From: a virus
Lineage: Duplodnaviria > Caudoviricetes
IMG/VR virus record: IMGVR_UViG_3300027805_000006
Direction: 5' to 3' (one strand)
DNA: 64,000 bases
Each line of letters starts with the position of its first letter. The stretch's first letter is position 1. Of this stretch, positions 9,522-19,446 are shown in pieces. A program made the translations under genes and the position numbers. The notes under the pieces are model-generated. The model had not been told where the DNA came from and searched no databases. It saw only the letters and a program-made list of their open reading frames with translations.

Positions 9522-10373
9522 TTACAGGGCTCTACCTTGCTTGCTTAGTTTAGCAACCAACGTATTCATTAAACGAAGCATTGATGATTGGCTTCCAATA
9601 GCCTTATCACCCATTTCAATCTGTTTCATCTTCATCTTAACTGTTGATGGAAGCTTTGCAACATCTACACCGAGAGCAGCAAGTAGCTGCTGAGCAGCCA
9701 TTTCAAACTCAGATAGTTTTTGTCCTTGAGCAGGAGCTTCATTCATTTCTTCTTCTTTAACGGTAACTTCAGAGCCAACATTTGCAAGATCTACTCCAAG
9801 TTGGTCAGCCAGCATCATAAACTTAGAGCGAACTACGCCACGTTGAACTAGTGATGCAGTGTCCATTAGTGATGCAGCATCGCGTCTCATTGCACGTGTG
9901 AGGAGACCAGATGGGAAGTTTAGGGCTGCTAAAACTTCCTCAATCTGCCTGACTATTTTTGAACCAATTAGGTCAATTTCCTTATCGCTTGCCATTGGCT
10001 TCTTAGTAATCTTATCAACAACTGGTGCTTCTTCTGCTTCTTTAACCTCTTGACGAGCAAAGCCCTTTGCAGTTGCAAGCGCAGCAAATAAACGTTGCGC
10101 AGCAATGCGTAGAGGTCTGTTGGTTCTCATTTCATCTGCAACTTCAAGAGCAGCGCTTTTTACTGCCTTTGGGCGGCTTTCAAGCGTCTCAAGCGAAATG
10201 CCTAGCAGGTGATATAGTTGGACGATTTGACGTGCCATAGGCATGGTCAAATTTGCAACTGCTGGGCTTGTTGATGGAATGCTTGTGATGTCAAAGTTAT
10301 CCTTAAAGCCATCAACGTCTTTTTCTTTTGCCTCGTTTAGAACGCGGCTTAGGAATTTTTTACCGATAGACAT
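9522..10373 (-). CDS. putative internal head protein
   Basis: Helical; LNE|A and MNE|A motifs; located in the late cluster. Confidence 0.4.
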   Translation of the reverse strand: MSIGKKFLSRVLNEAKEKDVDGFKDNFDITSIPSTSPAVANLTMPMARQIVQLYHLLGISLETLESRPKAVKSAALEVADEMRTNRPLRIAAQRLFAALATAKGFARQEVKEAEEAPVVDKITKKPMASDKEIDLIGSKIVRQIEEVLAALNFPSGLLTRAMRRDAASLMDTASLVQRGVVRSKFMMLADQLGVDLANVGSEVTVKEEEMNEAPAQGQKLSEFEMAAQQLLAALGVDVAKLPSTVKMKMKQIEMGDKAIGSQSSMLRLMNTLVAKLSKQGRAL

Positions 10374-12859
10374 AAAATCTCCTTTAGTGTATGAAAGTTA
10401 TTCTCAGCCGCTTTGTTAGCGAGAATTTGTGTTTCTTCAACAGGGGACTTTCCCGTAAGTCCTCTGCCTAATTTCTTTAGAGCAGACTTTTTCTTTTCTG
10501 CTGGTTTTTCTTCTTCAGACTCTTCTTCAGACTCTTCTTCAGACTCTTCTTCAGACTCTTCTGATTTTTCTTCCTCAGGTTCAGCCTCTTCAGATGGCTC
10601 TTCTTCAGATGGCTCTTCTTCAGATGGCTCTTCTTCAGATGGCTCTTCTTCAGATGGCTCTTCAGGAGGAGGTGGTAGGTCATCCTCAGTCTCTTCGTCT
10701 TCCTCAGAATTATCTACTGAAGCAACTACCTCTACATCATCCTCTGATCCTAAGTCAGCAGCATCATCAATAGAGATTTCATCTTCACCCTTTTCCTGAC
10801 CCTCTGCCCTTGGCCAAATTACATCTAGAATATCAAACTTAGGTGCAAGAGCATTAATCGCATCTTCAATATCATCTTCCATGCCAAGCATCTTCTTCAT
10901 TTCTGTTTCAAATGCTTCAGCCTGTGTGGCATTTACATAAACCTTTACAATTTGCCCATCACTTGTCTCTAACCCATAGAGTACAGCATCGACTTCATCA
11001 TTTAAATCTGAAGCACGCTCTAGGTAATTTGCAACATCTGCTGACTTTACTTTTCCATCGGAGTTGATTGTGTTTCGCATTAAATTAAAGCCAATATCAT
11101 TCTGTGTCTTATTGTTAATATCACCCTCGCCAGCACTAGAACCATCAACTGTTTTTAATTTTGACTGATCAACTTCTTTTAGCAATGGCACATTTAGAGG
11201 TGCAACACTATCAGCTAACTTATACTTCGCAGGATTAAGTTGAACAGCAATATCAGCAATGTGTTTTGGTTTTACACCTTGTGCCATTAGTGCAGTATTC
11301 ACTCTTGTCCATGTCGTATGTTTCTCTTCACCGGGCTTAAGATGCATCATAAATGTAACTGCAGGCTTAACCCCTAGAACAAACTCAACAGCCTTAGAAA
11401 CTTTCTGCACTGGAATCTTTTTAGAATCGATGTCATTGTGTTTAGACTCTTCAATAGGACCAAATTGGCGCTCAACGAATTCTTCTGCTTCTTGTGCAGT
11501 GTAGAATGGACCTTCTATTTCAACACCGTGAGAGTAGTCCTTACGAATCCAAGTCATAACCTGCTCGGGCTCGAGATATCCCATATACGAAGTGCCCCAT
11601 CTATAATCTGGCTTACCTTTGTATGGTCGCTCTCTCCACTTTGTGCTATCTCTTGTTGATACTTCTCCAATCCAGGATGCATTCTCATCTTCATCATAGA
11701 AAGCAACATAGAAGGTATCTATCTCATCTTCATCTTCTTCATCTTCTTCATGCTCAAGGTCTGCTAAACTCAAATCTGAACTATGAAATGAATGTTTGCC
11801 ACCACTGTATAGATTTACTACAACAAACTTTTTGTCTTGACCAAATGAAGCAATTTCACCGGTTTTACCATGTTGCTGTACATTTCCTGTAACTTCAACA
11901 ACATCGCCTATTTCAAAATCTTGCATATCGCCATTCATCTGTGAGGGGCCGCCTTCCGCCACATCTTGCCCCTGAGCAATCATCATCATTTTCTCTTTGT
12001 TGCTGGTGATAACTTCTTTACCGTCTTGTCCTTTAACACGATATATAGGTTGTTCGTTTGGTCCCCAACCATGTATTTGTGCTTGTCCCGGTTTCAAATC
12101 TATAGGCATTTTGGTATAGTTATGAACAACAACATCTCCTACCAAGCCTTCCGCCACATCTTGTTTATAATGATTCTTGAATAGACTATTACATTTTAGG
12201 CAACGATCTTGTTCTGGAGTTTGTGCGAATGTTCTTAAGCCTACACCAGTATCTCTACCTGGATGATCAGCAAGTCCATGTTTTGGTGTTTTTAGATGAA
12301 CTTTGTCTCCAGAGCCTTCCGCCACATCTTGCTGCTTCACTAATCTAAATGCTTCTGCTGGAAGATTATCTGCCTGACCGCCATCCTCTAGATCGATGTA
12401 GAATTTTTTTGGCGCACCCTTGAATAGACCCATCTTTATTTCACGTATCCACCCCGTTTTACCAGCATGCGGCCCTTTGACAATCATAACCAGCTTCTTT
12501 AATGTTTTTGCTTCCGTGACGCCTAATGGTGTCATCCAAACCCTATAGACATCCTCGCGACCAGGCCTACGTACCACTGATTTTTCAATTGACTTTTTCA
12601 CATAAGCTGGATCATTGTATCTTGCTTCCATTGTATCTATTTCATCTTTGCTATACTCGGCTTTTTCAGCAGATTTTCTAAATTCGTCTGAATACTTAAA
12701 GGATTTTCCAGAAGCTTTACTTCCAATTTCACCTTCATGATTTAGTAACTTGAAGCCTTTATTGAATAATTCAGGACTAAATGTATTTTCGGCACGATCA
12801 CCACCATTTGCTGCTTCTGCAACATTATCTACACCAACAATAGTTTTCAGTAAATTCAT
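10349..12859 (-). CDS. putative internal-head polyprotein with QDVAEG linkers and KOW/SH3-like modules
   Basis: 836-aa ORF; three QDVAEG linkers; GPHAGKTG and GDVVEVTG..HGKTG KOW-like motifs; EEPSE/EESE tail. Confidence 0.55.
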   Translation of the reverse strand: MNLLKTIVGVDNVAEAANGGDRAENTFSPELFNKGFKLLNHEGEIGSKASGKSFKYSDEFRKSAEKAEYSKDEIDTMEARYNDPAYVKKSIEKSVVRRPGREDVYRVWMTPLGVTEAKTLKKLVMIVKGPHAGKTGWIREIKMGLFKGAPKKFYIDLEDGGQADNLPAEAFRLVKQQDVAEGSGDKVHLKTPKHGLADHPGRDTGVGLRTFAQTPEQDRCLKCNSLFKNHYKQDVAEGLVGDVVVHNYTKMPIDLKPGQAQIHGWGPNEQPIYRVKGQDGKEVITSNKEKMMMIAQGQDVAEGGPSQMNGDMQDFEIGDVVEVTGNVQQHGKTGEIASFGQDKKFVVVNLYSGGKHSFHSSDLSLADLEHEEDEEDEDEIDTFYVAFYDEDENASWIGEVSTRDSTKWRERPYKGKPDYRWGTSYMGYLEPEQVMTWIRKDYSHGVEIEGPFYTAQEAEEFVERQFGPIEESKHNDIDSKKIPVQKVSKAVEFVLGVKPAVTFMMHLKPGEEKHTTWTRVNTALMAQGVKPKHIADIAVQLNPAKYKLADSVAPLNVPLLKEVDQSKLKTVDGSSAGEGDINNKTQNDIGFNLMRNTINSDGKVKSADVANYLERASDLNDEVDAVLYGLETSDGQIVKVYVNATQAEAFETEMKKMLGMEDDIEDAINALAPKFDILDVIWPRAEGQEKGEDEISIDDAADLGSEDDVEVVASVDNSEEDEETEDDLPPPPEEPSEEEPSEEEPSEEEPSEEEPSEEAEPEEEKSEESEEESEEESEEESEEEKPAEKKKSALKKLGRGLTGKSPVEETQILANKAAENNFHTLKEILCLSVKNS
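10510..10664. repeat. coding tandem repeats (12-bp EESE and 15-bp EEPSE units)
   Basis: TTCTTCAGACTC and CTCTTCTTCAGATGG tandem arrays visible in the sequence. Confidence 0.9.
11951..12331. repeat. three identical 18-bp dispersed repeats GCCTTCCGCCACATCTTG (QDVAEG)
   Basis: Exact copies at 11951-11968, 12146-12163 and 12314-12331. Confidence 0.95.
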
Positions 12860-15174
12860 TTTTTGGCATCCTTGTTTGGATTTTGGAATTTAGGCGCTTG
12901 CCATGTTTTTCTTGCAACACGGCGAATAAGTTTTCCAGTCCCAATACGTGTTTCAATTGGAGCAATAGCAGAGGCAGTTGTTGCAGTTGTTGTCGCACTA
13001 CCAGATGTTGCCACTGCCCCCTCACCTTCTTCAGACAAAGCAATTACACTCTTAAGAAGTTTCATTTCTTGCACCATTTGATAGTTTTCACCACTCGCAT
13101 TAAAAAGAAGTTTATTCATTACTGCTCTTATTCTTGTCAGCAACGGGGTAGTTGGAATAAACTGATTGACGTAGTAATAAAGTTTATTCAAAAACTTTAT
13201 TTTTTCATCAAACGTAAGTTCCTCATACTTAAAAGTGCCATCAAGCAGTATATTTATTCTATCTACATTCATCGCTGGGAAATGCTGTAGAACCTTCAGT
13301 GTCTTTAGGTGGTCATTCCAATCAATTTTGGTATCCTTACCATAACTCAGGTCGATGTGCAGCCAGCGCCACCAATTTGCTGGTACTTTCCTTACATGCC
13401 TGAATAACTCTGCCGAAACCTTCTTCCCAATCAATTTCTTTACTGCTGGAGAACTAACTCTCCAGATTACATAGCCCCAGAAGTTCAGGGCAGACATCTC
13501 CTTTGACCATGAAGAAAGACGACTATGTGTCTTATCTTTCAGCATGCGTATTCCAATTTTATCATCTGCCTTATAGATTACAGATGACATCATTACAGTT
13601 GCAAAGTAGATATTAAGAAGCGTCCAACCGTCCTTATTCTGGTATTGTGCTTTATCTGTGAATAGGCGTGTTTCCTGCAGCATCGCCTCAGCAAGTTGCT
13701 CATCAGTATCTTGATGAACGGCTTTAGCCTGCTTTCCATAAAGAACTGCAGCAAGTTGTCCCTTTGACTTTGCTTTCTTTACTTTTTCTGCAAGTTCTAG
13801 TAGATCTCTACGGCTCTCAGCAAAAACAACAAGAGTTCTTCGGATTATTTCTGGGGAAAGCCCTATCTGTTTTCCTGACTTCAACTTCAACTTAAAGTTG
13901 TCCTTGCTGGTCTTAAAGTCCTTCAGACTTGCTGCTAGTTTGCTGAGCGTCTCTTCAATAAGCGCATTTATCTTCTTCTGAAGTGCTCTAAAATCATCAC
14001 CCCCGCCCAGTTCCTTTGCAAGATTTTTTACTGTTTCTTCTGGTGTGGCTCCCTTGACAGATGATAGAACTCTCTTTGCGCCCTGCGTACGAGCAAGGTC
14101 CTTGTTTCCAAGGAGATCGCCTATCATAATCTTCAATTGTCCAATTAGCCCTCCACGACTTTCGGGTGATGCATCACTGTCAGTGGTCTTTACCATTCCT
14201 GAAATACTGGCTCTTACAGCGTGGTTAAACTGATTAATTGTCGTAAAGGCGTCCTTATCTACAAGTTTGATTTGGTCACCAGTAGTTGGCTCTCTCAGCA
14301 CAACACCTTCAATACCAATATCTTCATCTGGAGATACATCACTTGCAGCAAGAGGTGACTTAATTTGATTTACAAACTTTGTGAGTAGTTCTTTCTTTAT
14401 AGGCAACTTGAATTCTGTCATCAACTTTGCCTGTAACTTTGCACGCAATTCTTTTACTTGTGGTCGAATATCCTTATCAAATGAAGTAACAGCACGAGAG
14501 ATAATATCAAAGTTTGTTGCACCTTCGATATCAGAAGCATCATTTAAAAAATTATCTAACTGCTTCAGTTCTTTTGAAAGATTAACTTCTTTCAACTTGC
14601 TGCTGTCAATCTTCTGTACGCCAACAAATTGAAATGATAAATCTGCTGGCTGTACTACCAAATTTTCACCATCTGCAGTATCGACAACCTTTACATGCAC
14701 ATTCACAACCTGATTTGCCAGTGCAGCAGAAAGTTTATCTACCACCACATCAGAGGTCTTACCAATACCGCGGATAAAAGCAATGTAGTTTTTTCCACCA
14801 GCGCCATAAGTAACGGCATTAGGTTGGCGCCCAAACAAAATTTCTATCTCTACAGCATCACCTGGTTCTAAGATGCTCTTAATGTCGGCTTCTTTTTCAG
14901 CCAATGCAGCATGCGCTGACCTAAACCCATTGTTGGCAGAAAGGTAGGGGTATGAAGCCTCTGAATACACGTTCTCAGCACTTTTTGTTTTGCCAGCGCG
15001 TGAGGTATACAGGCGTCCCTTGCCATCAAGTCCAAACTGCAAATTTGCTCCATCAAGTTTTTCGGACGCAATGAAATTTGCAATATTCTTGACCGCAGCG
15101 ATAAAAGCCTGGATGTCCAGATCTTCTAAATGTGTAATTGCCTCAGAAATAACCATATAACTAGCAGATTTCAT
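12856..15174 (-). CDS. ATP-dependent ligase-fold (RNA ligase-like) nucleotidyltransferase, late
   Basis: Motif I SEKLDG, motif IV EGVVLR, motif V IKLV; CATAAATA directly upstream. Confidence 0.6.
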   Translation of the reverse strand: MKSASYMVISEAITHLEDLDIQAFIAAVKNIANFIASEKLDGANLQFGLDGKGRLYTSRAGKTKSAENVYSEASYPYLSANNGFRSAHAALAEKEADIKSILEPGDAVEIEILFGRQPNAVTYGAGGKNYIAFIRGIGKTSDVVVDKLSAALANQVVNVHVKVVDTADGENLVVQPADLSFQFVGVQKIDSSKLKEVNLSKELKQLDNFLNDASDIEGATNFDIISRAVTSFDKDIRPQVKELRAKLQAKLMTEFKLPIKKELLTKFVNQIKSPLAASDVSPDEDIGIEGVVLREPTTGDQIKLVDKDAFTTINQFNHAVRASISGMVKTTDSDASPESRGGLIGQLKIMIGDLLGNKDLARTQGAKRVLSSVKGATPEETVKNLAKELGGGDDFRALQKKINALIEETLSKLAASLKDFKTSKDNFKLKLKSGKQIGLSPEIIRRTLVVFAESRRDLLELAEKVKKAKSKGQLAAVLYGKQAKAVHQDTDEQLAEAMLQETRLFTDKAQYQNKDGWTLLNIYFATVMMSSVIYKADDKIGIRMLKDKTHSRLSSWSKEMSALNFWGYVIWRVSSPAVKKLIGKKVSAELFRHVRKVPANWWRWLHIDLSYGKDTKIDWNDHLKTLKVLQHFPAMNVDRINILLDGTFKYEELTFDEKIKFLNKLYYYVNQFIPTTPLLTRIRAVMNKLLFNASGENYQMVQEMKLLKSVIALSEEGEGAVATSGSATTTATTASAIAPIETRIGTGKLIRRVARKTWQAPKFQNPNKDAKK

Positions 15175-15178
15175 TTAA

Positions 15179-15210
15179 TATTTATGACAAAGGGGGCAAA
15201 TTTGCCCCCT
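15179..15210 (-). promoter_or_regulatory. GC hairpin (probable terminator) followed by late promoter CATAAATA
   Basis: AGGGGGCAAATTTGCCCCCT at 15191-15210, then CATAAATA (RC 15179-15186), then ATG at 15174. Confidence 0.7.
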
Positions 15211-15232
15211 TATTGTCTTTGTTTTAGCAGAA

Positions 15233-15508
15233 TTAGATGCCCTGCTTCACAACCTCATTTGCTGCCTCAGTCTCTGCTGAAGGAGCGGAAGCTGCTGCAG
15301 CCTTCTTTTCCTCTAGTTCTTTACGAACAGCAGCAGCAATCTGCGCCCCCAAACCTTGCATTGCAGATTGGGTCTTAACTACTGCTAGTTGTTCCTTTTG
15401 CAGATCAGCAGCAAATGCATTATAAACATCTACTGCCTGGCGTACTGCATCACTGAACTGAGCGACATCATAACTAATGCCATCAAGGGTAATAGTCTTT
15501 GGATCCAT
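15233..15508 (-). CDS. hypothetical coiled-coil protein
   Basis: ORF with AGGAG RBS; TAAATA (RC 15564-15569) upstream. Confidence 0.65.
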   Translation of the reverse strand: MDPKTITLDGISYDVAQFSDAVRQAVDVYNAFAADLQKEQLAVVKTQSAMQGLGAQIAAAVRKELEEKKAAAASAPSAETEAANEVVKQGI

Positions 15509-15570
15509 TGTTAAATTCTCCTATCATGTATGGAATTTGAAGATTGATAGACAATCATATGTCTATTTAT

Positions 15571-16941
15571 TCATTCTGGAACTGATAATTTTTCCATCAG
15601 GTCAGAAATTGATTTTGGCTTTGAAACGGTAGGAATAGGCATAAGCATTGTTTTCTTCTTGAACTCAAGTTCCTTCTCTTGAAGGTCAGAAATTCTTAGG
15701 CTTACCTTACTCCAATTCATCATAATCTTTTTACCGTTTGCATCTGAGTTTCTGGACTTCACAAACTCAAAGCGATATTCTCCGGCCTCGTGCATTGCTT
15801 CTGTCTTTACTGTAGCGATCATTAGGTCAGATGTATTAGTCTTTGATGAACCACCCTGCACATCTCCTTGGTGCATCTGACGCCCTTCATTGATTGCATC
15901 TGTTGCATGCTTTCCAAGTTGAGAAGCACTGATCATAATGCAGTCATAGTCAAAACCAATTGCACGAACTTCTTCTGAAACATACTTATCTTTCAGGAAC
16001 ATACTTTCACCAGCGCCACGCCTAACAGGCTCCATGAGGTCAAGGTAATCTACGATGATCCAATCTGGCTTAAAGGCGTGTCTGGCTTCTAGTTCGCGAA
16101 GGTACGCTAGAATGTGATTAGCATTGGTAGTACCTTCGCGCATTCGCTTAATGAAGAAGCGCGCGCCAGTCTTTTCATGAAACTTCTCAATCTCTGCTGC
16201 TACTACAGTTCTATTTGTTTGAATGAGATTGCTTGCAAAGCGTGCAATCATTTGGTCAGTACGACGAGCAACCTTTTTATCCCTCATTTCAAGTGAGATA
16301 TATACGCCATGAAGCCCTTGCGCCATCAGATTGAAGCCTAGATTAAGCATCGACACTGACTTACCACCACCAGAGGGAGCAAGAAAGGTAACAAGTTCCT
16401 GCCGCCCAATTCCACCGCCAATTAGTTCATCTACGGACTTCCACCCGGTAGAAATTACCGCATCCTCGGTTTCATCATCTTCAAGCCGTGTCATCGGGCT
16501 ATCAAAGTAGTCAATACCTAGGTCTGTAACAACGTCAATCTCAGTTGCTTCTTTGAGTTTAGCAACCATAGTTCCGATGTCACCATTTTCCAAGTAGCCA
16601 CCATTTCCAATGGACTTCTGCACTTCCTTGATGACTGCCTTGAAGCGACAGAACTTTGCGATTTCCTTTAGAAGATAGTCAATGTCACCACGCCCAAGTT
16701 GAACGCTGTCGCCATCAAACTTTGTGGCTGCCTTCACGACAGCAATCGCAGGCACAGAGCGGTGCTCTTGGAAATAGTCCTGCATGAATTCAACCGTCTT
16801 CGCGTAACCTGGGTCAAAGAACTCAGGCTTTAGAATGCCATTCAGCCGTGCAAAAAGGTCAGGCATAGAAAGCATTGAATTTACATATAGCCGCTGTGCA
16901 TCTTCATCCATCAGCGGTGGGTTTTCAATTTTCTTTGTCAT
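15571..16941 (-). CDS. gp41: replicative DnaB-like helicase (T4 gp41-like)
   Basis: Walker A APSGGGKS, YISLEM, IIVDYLDL, SASQL, KSRN. Confidence 0.92.
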   Translation of the reverse strand: MTKKIENPPLMDEDAQRLYVNSMLSMPDLFARLNGILKPEFFDPGYAKTVEFMQDYFQEHRSVPAIAVVKAATKFDGDSVQLGRGDIDYLLKEIAKFCRFKAVIKEVQKSIGNGGYLENGDIGTMVAKLKEATEIDVVTDLGIDYFDSPMTRLEDDETEDAVISTGWKSVDELIGGGIGRQELVTFLAPSGGGKSVSMLNLGFNLMAQGLHGVYISLEMRDKKVARRTDQMIARFASNLIQTNRTVVAAEIEKFHEKTGARFFIKRMREGTTNANHILAYLRELEARHAFKPDWIIVDYLDLMEPVRRGAGESMFLKDKYVSEEVRAIGFDYDCIMISASQLGKHATDAINEGRQMHQGDVQGGSSKTNTSDLMIATVKTEAMHEAGEYRFEFVKSRNSDANGKKIMMNWSKVSLRISDLQEKELEFKKKTMLMPIPTVSKPKSISDLMEKLSVPE

Positions 16942-17954
16942 TTAGTTCTCCTCAATTTTCCAAGCAGCAGGCCAAGAGAAAGTTTAAGTTGGCTTTGGTC
17001 TGAAAACGCTGGCTTGGAAGTTGCGTTTTTCAAAAGGCAGTATATGGTATAAGGCAGTCCAAACTGCTGTACGCTGTCGTTTGCATCCTTCGCTCTTTCA
17101 TCAACAAAGGTTATTTCCCATCCGTTCTCAATTGCTACCTTACCCAATTCACCACCAGTTTTATCGCGGTCAATTATAAAAATTAGTCTCCTTCTACTCT
17201 TTTTTAGAACTTCGATTTTTGTCTCATTAAGGCTCGAGCCATTTAGACAGATACCATTTACAGAAATTGCGTCAAAAACACCCTCAGTCACAAACAGCGG
17301 TGTTTCTTTCCATGAGTACAGTTGGTCATATCCATAGATTACTGCATCTCTCGAGATTGAAGAATTCAAGTAGCGCGGCTTGACATCATCAATCGTTCTT
17401 GCCTGCCAGTAAATTATCCGCCCATCACGGTAAAATGGAATTATAACACGCCTTGCGTACCTTTTGTCAAGACTGAAGTGAGCCTTAATTTTTAGTGGGT
17501 CAATCTTTCGGCCAAGTAGGTATTCAATAAGCGGTGCCTGTAGTTCATCATTCCCATCAGAACCAAGTGGAAAACTGTTGTCAGGGAGAGCCACCTCAGG
17601 CGTGAATATCTTTACCTTTTTGATTGTAGTCAGACTTATTTCCGGCTCATCTTCTTTCTTGGTTACTGAGAAAACTCTCGACTGTATATTGACGAGGTCT
17701 TCGTTTGTAATACCAAATGCTGAAAGAATACTTCGGGCGTTCTTTGAAAGCCTTCCGCTTCCTTCTTCATATTTGAATTTAGAACTGCAGTTCCAACAGG
17801 AAAATCCCGTCGATGAAGCATCAAACTTAAACGCACCACGTTCCTGGTAGTCGTTGCATACTTGGCACTTGACCCCATGAAACCCTCTAGGGTTTAGAGG
17901 ACCAAGATGAACCTTCGATTGAATTATCTCCGCGAGGGAGTGCTGTCTAATCAT
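16938..17954 (-). CDS. DNA primase (T4 gp61-like)
   Basis: Zn finger CQVC..CWNC; IIPFY..YWQAR; TOPRIM VTEGVFDA, DRD, KDAND. Confidence 0.88.
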   Translation of the reverse strand: MIRQHSLAEIIQSKVHLGPLNPRGFHGVKCQVCNDYQERGAFKFDASSTGFSCWNCSSKFKYEEGSGRLSKNARSILSAFGITNEDLVNIQSRVFSVTKKEDEPEISLTTIKKVKIFTPEVALPDNSFPLGSDGNDELQAPLIEYLLGRKIDPLKIKAHFSLDKRYARRVIIPFYRDGRIIYWQARTIDDVKPRYLNSSISRDAVIYGYDQLYSWKETPLFVTEGVFDAISVNGICLNGSSLNETKIEVLKKSRRRLIFIIDRDKTGGELGKVAIENGWEITFVDERAKDANDSVQQFGLPYTIYCLLKNATSKPAFSDQSQLKLSLGLLLGKLRRTK

Positions 17955-18001
17955 CTATGTATTTTAACACGCTGTTGATTAGACAGCACACTTCGTTTTG
18001 G

Positions 18002-18688
18002 TTAATAGCGCTGCTTGAAGGCAGCGAGTTTTTGCTCTGCGCCAACTGCATAGTGGAAGTTGTTATCAACCTGCTTCACACCTGCTGGACCACGATTGTA
18101 TGCATTTAGCAGTTCTCTGCCAGAGTAGCCGTATGTCTGCATCAATATCAGAAGATACTTGGCACCAATTTCTAGATTGAAAAGTTCATTTAGAATTAGA
18201 TTTGCCTTTACCTCATCATCGCTCCTGGTATGAAACCCATACTTCGAGTAAAGCGATGGCCAGCGGCTCAAAACATCTCTTGCTGCAGAAAGTTTAATCT
18301 GCATTGGCCCGAAGTATGCCTCAGGACCTTCATTGGCCACGCGGTATCTCTGCACACCCCCGGCGAGGGTCTCCTGCAGAAGAACGGCTTGCACAACTTC
18401 AGGATTTTGAAAGTTATGGGTCTTGCCCATTTCATAGGCAAGATTCAGCAGCCTGTGCTGCTTCTCAGATAAGTTGTTTGGCAGGACATGAACAGCCTGC
18501 CCTCCTAGTGTTTTTACCGCCTTTTCTCCAATAACAGAATTTGAGATTGGCGTTGGAACATATTGGAACAAATTTGCCGCAACAAAGATAATCGCAACTA
18601 ACGCTCCAATCCAGATAGCAATTACGCTTCGCATTTTCTCTCCTTTATAGAGTGTTTGCGCCAAATAAATGGCTGGGTTAAAGTACAT
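18002..18688 (-). CDS. membrane-anchored soluble lytic transglycosylase (SLT family)
   Basis: TM segment, LLQET (catalytic Glu), GPMQIK, AYNRG; start may be the downstream Met (MRSVI). Confidence 0.8.
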   Translation of the reverse strand: MYFNPAIYLAQTLYKGEKMRSVIAIWIGALVAIIFVAANLFQYVPTPISNSVIGEKAVKTLGGQAVHVLPNNLSEKQHRLLNLAYEMGKTHNFQNPEVVQAVLLQETLAGGVQRYRVANEGPEAYFGPMQIKLSAARDVLSRWPSLYSKYGFHTRSDDEVKANLILNELFNLEIGAKYLLILMQTYGYSGRELLNAYNRGPAGVKQVDNNFHYAVGAEQKLAAFKQRY

Positions 18689-18919
18689 TATAGACTGTTA
18701 TTTTGCGCCGGCGCCTCCAAAAAATGATTAAACGTACCTAGATTTCATCTAGGAAAGAAGGTATAGTTATATAGCAGTTTCGGCGGTAAGAGAGAAATCT
18801 CTACTCGACACCGCCAGTCTTTAATTAATGGACACTATCTTAAGAACTTATTCTTTATAAGGCACGGCTGTTTTAAGAGCCGCGCCTCTATGCTTGATAG
18901 TTCCATCAGCAGTTTTGCT

Positions 18920-19345
18920 TTAGAACTTAGGAACCTCTCCAGACACAGTTCCCTGATCCCCGCGTGTGAATTCTGAGCCGATTTGTGCATCTGAGCCATA
19001 TACCTCAACAGATGCCAGACCACCACCAAGTACAGCACCGCGAGGACGCTTAACCTTGACGTAATTCATGTGGAAGAAATCGAGAGCATTGGAACCGTTG
19101 TTCAGCGTTCCCTGTGATAGTAGTTCCCAAAGCGGGTACTTGTCAGCGTGAACACTTACCAGAAACTTCTTCATGCGGGCCTTATCGATTGGGTGAAGTT
19201 TGTCAACTTCAATTCCATAGATAGTGCCATCAGGTGTTTCAGATACAACGGCAATTTCCTTTAGAATACCATCATCATTCCAGTCTATGAGGAACACATG
19301 ACGAAGGTCAGTCTTGCGCTTTTCAATTGTGCTTACGGTAGCCAT
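18920..19345 (-). CDS. hypothetical protein
   Basis: ORF with AAGGAGA RBS. Confidence 0.7.
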   Translation of the reverse strand: MATVSTIEKRKTDLRHVFLIDWNDDGILKEIAVVSETPDGTIYGIEVDKLHPIDKARMKKFLVSVHADKYPLWELLSQGTLNNGSNALDFFHMNYVKVKRPRGAVLGGGLASVEVYGSDAQIGSEFTRGDQGTVSGEVPKF

Positions 19346-19446
19346 ACATTTCTCCTTGTAGGTTGCAGGTCAACGTTATACGTTTTACTAGACATATTGT
19401 CTAAACCTATTGTATGTCTAGAAAAATACTTCTAGACACATTCTAT

